Virus record (IMG/VR): IMGVR_UViG_3300029305_003918
Length of the DNA: 64,000 nucleotides
Strand: one strand, 5' to 3'
Origin: a virus
Part shown: positions 6,293-14,288 of the stretch, piece by piece
Numbering within the stretch: the stretch's first letter is position 1
How the letters are laid out: the number at the start of each line of letters is the position of its first letter
Position numbers and translations under genes: made by a program
The notes under the pieces: generated by a model
What the model was told of the DNA's origin: nothing
What the model saw: only the letters and a program-made list of their open reading frames with translations
Databases searched by the model: none

Positions 6293-6532
6293 TCACTTGC
6301 TCTTACTGGAAACATTGGTCTTGAAGATAACCTGCAATGCATTGGTAGCCCAGAAGAACTGCCAGTAGTTCAGGTCAGGCAGGTTGAAGTCCAGCTTTAC
6401 TGCATTGTATCCCATCTGCACAACCCATGGCCCAGCGAAGATGACCAGCGCCAGCACAATCAGCGCCGCAATCACAGTCGCGCATCCAGAGTTATCACTA
6501 TTATAACTATTATAACTGAATCCCATAGTCAT
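6293..6532 (-). CDS. Small membrane protein (79 aa)
   Basis: Track ORF with a hydrophobic core and SD AAGAAAGAGAGG. Likely co-transcribed with the 6562-6999 gene. A strong terminator follows it. Confidence 0.5.
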   Translation of the reverse strand: MTMGFSYNSYNSDNSGCATVIAALIVLALVIFAGPWVVQMGYNAVKLDFNLPDLNYWQFFWATNALQVIFKTNVSSKSK

Positions 6533-6561
6533 TTACCTCTCTTTCTTGTTGCTCTCTGCAC

Positions 6562-6999
6562 TCAGCGAGTGAGTGCAGAGAGAGTGGCGAAGATAGTTTC
6601 GGGAGTGAACGCCTTGCCCTGTTCCCATGCGTTGCGGTTGCGCTCTTCATCATCGAAGAGAATGCCGCTCTTGCAGGTGTCCCACTTGTTCTGCCCATAG
6701 GGAACGATCTCCACCACATCCCAATGAACAGAAGGCAGATGCTTGGCGAGCCATGCGAGCTTGGCGGCTCGGACTGCTTCATCATAGGCAAGAGTGCTTT
6801 CCTTGCTACACCAGCTGATGATGCAGAGTTCGTGTCCCTGTGCCTGTGCCCTGTTGAGCATCCTTGCCAGCGTTGCCATGTGGTGCATGGGCTTTGCCAT
6901 TGCGTAGGGTGCAGGGTCGTAAGCTCGGAGCATCTGAAGCCATCCATCAACCGCATACAGGTCAGCAATCGTACCATCCATATCGAACCAGATCTTCAT
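6562..6999 (-). CDS. HAD-superfamily 5'(3')-deoxyribonucleotidase-like protein (NT5C family)
   Basis: N-terminus MKIWFDMDGTIADLY matches HAD motif I (DxDGT). A downstream DD motif is present. Size is ~145 aa. Confidence 0.6.
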   Translation of the reverse strand: MKIWFDMDGTIADLYAVDGWLQMLRAYDPAPYAMAKPMHHMATLARMLNRAQAQGHELCIISWCSKESTLAYDEAVRAAKLAWLAKHLPSVHWDVVEIVPYGQNKWDTCKSGILFDDEERNRNAWEQGKAFTPETIFATLSALTR

Positions 7000-7046
7000 T
7001 CTCATTACCTCTTTCTGTGTTTTGTCTTGTCCCTTTCGACACTATT

Positions 7047-7075
7047 AGTATAGCACGTCTTAGGGTATTTGTCAA
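7047..7075 (-). promoter_or_regulatory. Promoter for the nucleotidase and small membrane protein operon
   Basis: TTGACA-N17-TATACT plus the UP element and the GTCGAAAGGG initial transcribed sequence. Confidence 0.6.
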
Positions 7076-7190
7076 GCCTTTTCCGCAAACTTTTTTATCT
7101 TTTTTTTCGAGGGGGAAGATCGCTCTTCCCTCCTCTGTGCATAGACTTGCTTTTCTTTCCTCTTGACGAGCTTCTTAAACCTTGCGCTGT

Positions 7191-7499
7191 TCATCCTCTT
7201 GCCCTCCTCATGGCTTCGAGCTTCTGCTGGATGCGGTCGAACTTCGCCAACAGTTTGGCATAGCGGCGATCCTGCCAACCCCAGTACATCTGTGCAACAG
7301 CATCCCAGAATGCGCGGGTACTGTAATAGCACTCATGTTCCACCTTGAAAGTGGCAGGTACAGGCTTCTTTTTTTCTGCTTCCAGAAGCCTTGCCATCAC
7401 TCTGTTTGCACCTTTGCGAGTGCGGAACAGACCTACTCTGTGTGCGGCGGTGCGAGTGCGAGTACTTTCTACCTTCGAATACTTCATGAGGATAAACAT
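7191..7499 (-). CDS. Hypothetical basic protein (102 aa)
   Basis: ATG at 7499 after SD GAAAGGAG. Promoter at 7538-7566. Confidence 0.5.
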   Translation of the reverse strand: MFILMKYSKVESTRTRTAAHRVGLFRTRKGANRVMARLLEAEKKKPVPATFKVEHECYYSTRAFWDAVAQMYWGWQDRRYAKLLAKFDRIQQKLEAMRRARG

Positions 7500-7537
7500 T
7501 GCTTTGATCTCCTTTCGTTGTTCCCTTGACACTACCT

Positions 7538-7566
7538 ATTATAGCAGGTTTCAGGATGTTTGTCAA
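7538..7566 (-). promoter_or_regulatory. Promoter for the 7191-7499 gene
   Basis: TTGACA-N17-TATAAT. Confidence 0.6.
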
Positions 7567-7647
7567 TAGGTTTATACAGATTATTTTTGTTAATTATTTG
7601 TTGTGTCTCTTGTTTGTTGGCTAGCTAGGCCCGTGCTCGGTGACCTC

Positions 7648-7926
7648 TTAGATGTCGTAAGAGGTACAACCGAACATGAAGCCCACACCATCAAGCACCA
7701 CTTCATGGTAGAAGTCACCAGTGCCCAGCTCGTCGATGATGTCCTGCACCTGCTCAACCAGCTCAGGCATGGTATAGTCACGGAACTGCTCACACCAGTC
7801 ATCATCGAAGCCGATGAAGTCGATGAAATCCACACAGATTTCAGTGTCGGATTCGCGACGGATTTCAACATCGCCAGCCTGTTCGAGGGTTTCCAGCATG
7901 GTCATCAGCATTTCAGCAGTCATCAT
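7648..7926 (-). CDS. Hypothetical acidic protein (92 aa)
   Basis: Track ORF. Promoter at 7978-8006. SD GAAAGGAAG. Confidence 0.5.
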   Translation of the reverse strand: MMTAEMLMTMLETLEQAGDVEIRRESDTEICVDFIDFIGFDDDWCEQFRDYTMPELVEQVQDIIDELGTGDFYHEVVLDGVGFMFGCTSYDI

Positions 7927-7977
7927 TGTAGTTACTTCCTTTCTTTCAGCTGGGCTCTTGTCCCTTGCTGTGATTAT

Positions 7978-8006
7978 AGTATACTACAACTGACCGCGTT
8001 TGTCAA
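7978..8006 (-). promoter_or_regulatory. Promoter for the 7648-7926 gene (the right-most unit of the array)
   Basis: TTGACA-N17-TATACT plus the UP element. Confidence 0.6.
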
Positions 8007-8282
8007 TAGGTTTTTACAATTTTTTTTATTAAGTTTTAGGATAACACTTAACATGATGCATTCAATGCATTCGCGACGCTTTTGTTGCATGACAGGTTTA
8101 TTGCGCAAACTCGGGGCGTGCCGACCATGCACGCCCCGACGAGCGTTCCAGATGCTGGCAGTACTCTTGTATTTTTTTCTGGTATGTAAATCCATTCAAC
8201 ATTCACCCTCCGGGCACCCTTTCGGGAAAAAAATTATTTTGAAAGAGAAAAGGGGTTATACCTGGTCACAATTCCCACTAAA

Positions 8283-9059
8283 TCAAATTTGAAATCTGGA
8301 AGACGGAGATATATCATCAAAAGTGAGATTGGAAAGTTTAACGGTATAGGGAATTCTAATTAAAGGGATCCCTTGCTCTTTACAGTATACGTTCTTGCGC
8401 TCATCCCGCTCTTTTTGAATTTGTAATTTTTCTTCTCCGCCCCATGCTTCAACAGCCTTAAAATGCTGCTCTCCATCATATTCAATTAAATAAGATAACT
8501 GTCTATTTGAATCAAAAACCGCAAAATCAAACTTTAAACCTGTAGACAGCTCTTCAATGGAATATTGCTCTTCAAATATTACATCAAGATCTTGCAGCAT
8601 TGTCCGCACGTATAGTTCACCAGCAGATACTTGAGAACAGCCACACGATACAGTATATTTATATCCATCTCTATCGCTACCGCGCTTATATCCAGTTAAA
8701 TGGTCTTTTCGCACTGAAACCACATTGCCGCAATCACATTGACATTTAACATAAGAAGTATATCTTCCACCCGCGGTTTTATAAGGTAAATCATATTCAA
8801 TCACTGTTAATTTACCAAACCTATCTCCCATTTTTAAGGCTTGATGACCTCTACCACCTGAAATTTCTCCTGCGGCGATTCTGCAATCAACACAACCCTT
8901 TTCAACATCTTCTTTCCGCAAAATAGCTTCCTTGCCGCATTGATTGCATTTACATAGCAGTGGTGTCGAATGACTCTTCCAAGGTGTCTCTTCTTTAGAA
9001 GGACGCCGAATAACAGTTAATGTCTTAAAAGTTTGACCAATCATTTCTTGCCATTTCAT
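8283..9059 (-). CDS. Zinc-ribbon-rich protein with a C-terminal Vsr/DUF559-like (PD-(D/E)xK) endonuclease domain; possible homing endonuclease
   Basis: Several CxxC pairs. The C-terminal segment LKFDFAVFD...LIEYDGEQH...IPLIRIPY is paralogous to the 13919-14275 product. The start was chosen at a TAATG overlap with the upstream gene. Confidence 0.45.
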   Translation of the reverse strand: MKWQEMIGQTFKTLTVIRRPSKEETPWKSHSTPLLCKCNQCGKEAILRKEDVEKGCVDCRIAAGEISGGRGHQALKMGDRFGKLTVIEYDLPYKTAGGRYTSYVKCQCDCGNVVSVRKDHLTGYKRGSDRDGYKYTVSCGCSQVSAGELYVRTMLQDLDVIFEEQYSIEELSTGLKFDFAVFDSNRQLSYLIEYDGEQHFKAVEAWGGEEKLQIQKERDERKNVYCKEQGIPLIRIPYTVKLSNLTFDDISPSSRFQI

Positions 9060-9457
9060 TATAGATGACATTCTCCTCTCATATAACAATCCATGTGACA
9101 TTGACCACTCTCTGCTTCACAGGGCAGTAAACTTTTCAACACTTCTTCCACATGTCGGCTTTCCGCAAATTTCTGTAGTTCCACCCATCCATGGCGAAGC
9201 AATACTTGCTTCGCCACATAGTGGTTTTTTTCTCTTTCCCAATGCGCGCACTCTTCTTCTGTAGGATAGTCGCTCCAATCTAATTTTTCATCTGGGACTC
9301 TTTTGTACTGGCCAGTATTTACCTCTTTAAACATACTCGCTAGTACTTTATGTTTACGCTTAAAGGGATTTTCTAGTCCCATCGTCGGTGCAACCTCTCG
9401 CATAAATTTTTCTTCTGCGCGCAGAATCGTGCTACCGACGGAGTTAAGGATGAACAT
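9059..9457 (-). CDS. Hypothetical Cys/His-containing protein (132 aa)
   Basis: Track ORF in the leftward operon driven by the promoter at 9821-9849. Confidence 0.4.
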   Translation of the reverse strand: MFILNSVGSTILRAEEKFMREVAPTMGLENPFKRKHKVLASMFKEVNTGQYKRVPDEKLDWSDYPTEEECAHWEREKNHYVAKQVLLRHGWVELQKFAESRHVEEVLKSLLPCEAESGQCHMDCYMRGECHL

Positions 9458-9798
9458 CAGTGTACCCCATCCAAGTGACGAGCAATGCTGTCATCACCTT
9501 CATAAGTAATAAAATTCTCAATTGGTCCGCCGTATCGCTCACCTACAGAATAGCGGTACCAAGAATTTGGACTCACAAATACAGTAATGCTCTCCATCTT
9601 GCCACTCTGGTCACCCAACACAAACCAGAATACATCATCGTGTACAAATGCATATTCATCGATATAGCTCAATGCGTACCCCTTATCCACGATGTAATAA
9701 CTTGTGCCTTTGGTTGCTCCAATTGCAACAAACAATAGACCGACCGCAATTGCCACAATTAAAATCAGACTAATGATCTTCTGTACCATTGAAGTCAT
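9457..9798 (-). CDS. Membrane-anchored hypothetical protein (~113 aa)
   Basis: SD AAAGGAG then ATG at ~9798. The track's longer start falls inside the -10 element. A transmembrane helix is present near the N-terminus. Confidence 0.45.
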   Translation of the reverse strand: MTSMVQKIISLILIVAIAVGLLFVAIGATKGTSYYIVDKGYALSYIDEYAFVHDDVFWFVLGDQSGKMESITVFVSPNSWYRYSVGERYGGPIENFITYEGDDSIARHLDGVH

Positions 9799-9820
9799 CT
9801 CCTTTATCATTTCTATATAC

Positions 9821-9849
9821 ATTATATCAAATTTTTTTTAAATTTTCAA
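9821..9849 (-). promoter_or_regulatory. Leftward promoter for the 9798-8283 operon
   Basis: On the minus strand: TTGAAA-N17-TATAAT. It is divergent from the rightward promoter ~20 bp away. Confidence 0.5.
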
Positions 9850-9867
9850 ATGGGCGATCTTTTTTAC

Positions 9868-9896
9868 TTGACTCATGAAAATTTTTGTGGTATAAT
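9868..9896 (+). promoter_or_regulatory. Rightward promoter at the start of the late or structural module
   Basis: TTGACT-N17-TATAAT, followed by SD GAAGGAGG. Confidence 0.55.
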
Positions 9897-9913
9897 AGAG
9901 GCATAGAAGGAGG

Positions 9914-10984
9914 TTGATTATTATAATCAAGCTAGATTATACGATTGAATCTCCTCAAGAGCGAAATGAATTGGTGAAATAGATTTTAACAGAGACTCCC
10001 GACCCAAGCGAGCAATATCTGGAAATCCTTGCTGATTATTTGGTTCTTTGTATGGAGAAACAAGAGAAGAAGGAGCGAAAGATTCTCACCGACAACCGTA
10101 TGGCGACTGTCAATAAACGAGAAACATCTTTCGAGGGTCTTGTTGGCCAGTTGGAGAATGGCGAAGATGGTATATATAATTTAGTAACGAACGATAAGAA
10201 TGTAATATTTTAGCCGAAAGTAACAATTACGAAAAAAGATTTAGAAGAAATTGAGCCATTACGTCAGTTGCGCGACAGCATAGCATATTGGGAAAAGCTG
10301 TCTAAAACTGCGACTGGGCGAGCAGCCTATATTATCAAATCAACTATTATCGAATTGCGGAAGGATCAATATCTTATTAAAAACGCCTACCGCCAACCAA
10401 TTGTTGCGCGAAATATTACAAGAAATATCGGACACTATATTAAACTCCCATGGGATGAATGGGTAGATGAAAATGGAGAAATCCAGTATGAAGGTGTGTC
10501 CTTTATCAATCCCGTTGTTATTAGCACTATTTTATGCAATTATTCTAAACTAAAAGAAGGATGCTATGGCAGGTTCGAGGGTGATACCTGGTATATGATG
10601 GAAGACTTTGATAGATTAGTAGATAATTCACTTGCCGGCTATCCTTTATACCGTCGTATTGTAGAATATAAAATTGACGGGCAATCTAATGTTGATATCA
10701 AGGAAATGATTGAAAAGGAATTCGGCTTCACTCATTCGCTCGAATATATTTCTTCGTTATGGCGTAATAAAATTCCAAAGCTCATTGCCTCTTATTATAC
10801 AGATGAATGGCTGACCTGGTATTATACTGAAAAAGAATATGGGAAGTGGAAGAAATGTACTAGGTGTGGGCAAATTAAGTTAGCCCATTCAAGATTTTTT
10901 TCCATAAACAAAGGTTCAAGAGATGGATGGTATTCTTTGTGTAAGTGTTGCCGGAATGCCAAGAACAAGAAGGCAAAGGAGTAA
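9914..10984 (+). CDS. Hypothetical protein (~355 aa) with a C-terminal zinc ribbon; contains 2 in-frame TAG codons; the start codon is uncertain
   Basis: The frame of track ORF 10268-10984 continues upstream through TAGs at ~9980 and ~10211 with no TAA or TGA. It begins right after the SD GAAGGAGG with a TTG/ATT/ATA candidate start. The first in-frame ATG is at 10052. The protein ends in CTRCGQ...CKCCRN. Confidence 0.4.
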
Positions 10985-10989
10985 TGTGA

Positions 10990-12162
10990 ATGGCAGACTT
11001 AAATAAAACTTATTATTGTAAGGTCTGCGGTCGAACGATGGATACTGATCAATTTTACACATCTAATCGGTTGGATAGATACCCCGACGATGGTAAATTA
11101 CCTGAATGTAAGAAATGCATCACTCGACATGTAGACAATTGGAATCCGAAAACTTATTTATGGATTTTGGAAGAGATCAATGTTCCTTATATTGAAGAGG
11201 AATGGAATACTCTACTTGAACGTTATGGCAAGGACCGCACCAAGGTTACTGGTATGACCATCTTGGGTCGTTACCTTTCCAAAATGAAATTGAATCAATA
11301 CAAAAATTATTCATGGGAAGATACTGAAAAGATTAAGGCTGAAATGGATGCGCGGAAGCGAGACGTTATGGCTCGACAAGGCTATACTGGAGAAGAGATT
11401 GAGGAAGCTCTCGCCGCAAACAGGACACCTGAAAGACCCGCTGAACTAGAAGCAACACGAGAGGAGCCTGCTCCGATTGATGCCTTTGAGCCAGTGGGAT
11501 TCGAAGATGATCTAACTGAAGAAGATAAAACTTACTTGGCGATTAAGTGGGGCAAGACCTACAAACCGTATGAATGGGTTCAGTTAGAGAAGTATTATCA
11601 AGAGATGATGCAATCGTTCGATATTCAGACTCCATCTCATGAAGACTATTTAAAGCTTATTTGTAAAACTTCAATCAAGGCTCATCAACTGATTGACTTG
11701 GGCGACATCGAAGGTTTCCAAAAGATGTCTAAGGTTTATGACGCTTTGATGAAATCCGCTAAATTTACTGCGGTTCAGAATAAGGCTGAGGCTGGCGAGT
11801 TTGTTAACTCAATTTCTGAACTGGTTTTATTATGTGAAAAAGAAGAGGGATTTATTCCTCGTTTCTATACCGACAAGCCGAAGGATAGAGTTGATGAAAC
11901 TCTTGCGGACTTGCGTGGCTACACTAACACTCTTGTTACTGAAGAGATGAATCTTGGTAATCTTATCGAATCTGCGGTTAAGGCATTGCAGCGCGAAGCC
12001 GAACGCGAAGAAGATGAAGATATTGATGATGAAGATGAAATTATGGATATGGATTCTCTTGATGAATTGAAAGATGATGACTTTGCCGAACACTATGAAT
12101 TCTTAGAACAAGAGGCTGAAGATGATGCCTTAACGATGATGGAAATGTTAAAGGAGGAATAA
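10990..12162 (+). CDS. Hypothetical protein (390 aa) with an N-terminal zinc ribbon and an acidic C-terminus; possibly the terminase small subunit by position
   Basis: Intact track ORF with SD AAGGAG. Immediately upstream of the large terminase gene. Has a CxxC...CxxC motif and a D/E-rich tail. Confidence 0.3.
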   Translation: MADLNKTYYCKVCGRTMDTDQFYTSNRLDRYPDDGKLPECKKCITRHVDNWNPKTYLWILEEINVPYIEEEWNTLLERYGKDRTKVTGMTILGRYLSKMKLNQYKNYSWEDTEKIKAEMDARKRDVMARQGYTGEEIEEALAANRTPERPAELEATREEPAPIDAFEPVGFEDDLTEEDKTYLAIKWGKTYKPYEWVQLEKYYQEMMQSFDIQTPSHEDYLKLICKTSIKAHQLIDLGDIEGFQKMSKVYDALMKSAKFTAVQNKAEAGEFVNSISELVLLCEKEEGFIPRFYTDKPKDRVDETLADLRGYTNTLVTEEMNLGNLIESAVKALQREAEREEDEDIDDEDEIMDMDSLDELKDDDFAEHYEFLEQEAEDDALTMMEMLKEE

Positions 12163-12163
12163 T

Positions 12164-13906
12164 ATGGCTTTACAAGACTTATTAAACCTCTCAAACGACC
12201 GATAGAAAATTGGTTTATCTGAAGAGCGTGTGCGGGCCGTTATTCCGGTCGCACGTTAGTATATTGCCTATTGGCGCGAATACCCTGACATGTTTGTTGA
12301 CTTCATGGCAGGTAAATGGCAGCCAAATCCTCCAAAGGAAACGCTTAACTTATTCTTTTATCAACGAGTATTTTTGCGGGCCGCTATGCGTTACAAATAC
12401 GTGTATGCGGTCTTTCCGCGTGCTTATTCAAAATCATTCCTTGCGGTTTTGATTTTGATGACTCGTGCAGTACTATATGCGGGATCTAAACTATTTGTTA
12501 CTTCTGGTGGTAAGGAACAGGCTTCTGGTATTTTGAAAGAAAAAGTCCAGGAAATCTGTACTCTTGTGCCGGGCTTCGCAAAAGAGATTGACTGGGGCCG
12601 TGGTAAAACATTAGAAGGTAAAGACTATTGTAAATATATTTTCCGAAGTGGTTCTTATATTGATAACTTGGGTGCTAGCGAAAAATCAAGAGGTAAGCGC
12701 CGACATGGCGGACTTGTTGAGGAGTGCGTTGGCGTAGATGGAACTATCCTAAACGAAGTTATTATTCCAGTTATGAACGTTTCTCGCAGATTGCCGGATG
12801 GTACTTCTGATGATCAAGAGGTTCTGAATAAAAGTCAGATCTTTGTTACAACTGCGGGCTGGAAGAATACTTTCGCTTATGATAAGTTGATTCAAATGCT
12901 TGTTGGACAGATTACGCAACCGGAGAAGTTTTGTATTATGGGTGGTACTTGGAGAATTCCTGTTCTTATGAAATTACTTGATAAGAACTTTGTGCGCGAC
13001 TTGAAATTGGACGGTACATTTAATGAGTCCTCTTTTGACCGTGAGTATGAATCTAAATGGTCTGGCACTATTGAAGATGCGTTCTTCCGTGCTGAGCAAT
13101 TTGATCGTAATAGAATCTTAAAGCAGCCTGAATACGAGTATTCTGGTAGATCTATGAAGTCTGCGTATTATGTACTTGCGGTTGACGTAGGTCGTAAAGG
13201 TTGCGATACTGTAGTTTGTGTATTTAAGGTAACACCACAGACTGCGGGTGTATCATTAAAGACTTTGGTAAATATTTATACTTTACATGATGAACACTTT
13301 GAAGATCAAGCTATTGCATTGAAGAAGTTGTTCTATAAATACAAGGCTCGTCGTATTGTTATCGACGGTAATGGTCTTGGTATTGGTCTTGTTGACTATA
13401 TGGTAAAAACTCAAATTGATCCGGATACTAATGAAACTTATCCTGACTTTGGTGTTGAGAACGATGAAGAAAATTATTATAAGAAGTTCCGCACTGATGC
13501 CTGTGAGTTTGATGCTATGTATATTATTAAGGCCAATGCACCTATTAACACTGAAGCTCACGCGAATGCGCAAACTCAGTTATCTTCTGGTAAAGTAAAG
13601 ATGCTGATTGATGAACGTGTGGCAAAAGTTAAGTTAATGGGAACTAAGCGTGGACAAGATATGAAACCTGAAGAGAGGGCGGAATATCTTAAACCGTTTA
13701 CTCTAACTTCCATATTGAAGGAAGAGATGATGAATCTTCGTGAAGAAAACGAAGGTGTTAACATCATTTTAAAGCAAGCTAATAAGTCAATTAAGAAAGA
13801 TAAGTTCTCTGCTTTTGAATATGGCTTGTACTATATTAAACAAGAGGAAGATAGTAAAAAGCGTAAACGCAAAGGCAGAATTTCTGAAATGATGTTTATG
13901 AACTAA
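12164..13906 (+). CDS. terL: Terminase large subunit (~580 aa; 2 in-frame TAG codons)
   Basis: ATG at 12164 after SD AAGGAGG. Reads through TAGs at ~12203 and ~12257 into track ORF 12290-13906. The C-terminal RNaseH-like nuclease motifs (AVDVGRKG...IVIDGNGLGIG) are typical of the large terminase. Confidence 0.65.
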
Positions 13907-13918
13907 GGGAGGTCCATT

Positions 13919-14275
13919 ATGAGAGCGTCTCGTGGAGAAATCAAGATTCAAGAGATTCTGGAAGAGGCGGGATTGCGGTTCACAATGGAACAATCATTTG
14001 AGGGTTTAAATAGCCCGAATGGTCGTCCTTTGCGGTTTGACTTTTGTGTATTTGACGATGATGGAAATATTGATTTCCTTATTGAATATCAAGGTAAACA
14101 ACATTATGAACCATCAAGTAAATTTGGTGGAACAAAAGGTTTTTATCAACAGTAGTTCAATGATAACAAGAAACGTCGTTTTTGTGCATTAAAGGAAATC
14201 CCATTAGTTGAAATTCCGTATACAGAAGAGAATCTTATTACTTATGATTATATTATGACAAAGGCTGGCTATTAA
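13919..14275 (+). CDS. Free-standing Vsr/DUF559-like (PD-(D/E)xK) endonuclease, a likely homing endonuclease (118 aa; 1 TAG)
   Basis: The segment RFDFCVFDDDGNIDFLIEYQGKQHY...IPLVEIPY continues through the TAG at ~14153 to a TAA at 14273. Inserted between the terminase and portal genes. Paralogous to the C-terminal domain of the 8283-9059 product. Confidence 0.5.
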
Positions 14276-14288
14276 GGAGGTGTGACGG

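Noticed and set aside
1-8030. The repeated promoter units interpreted as a CRISPR array or as MITE-type repeats
   Set aside because: The repeats are about 60 bp, imperfect, separated by 300-600-bp protein-coding segments, and each resolves cleanly into -35, 17-bp spacer and -10 elements. No cas genes or regular spacer-length periodicity are present.
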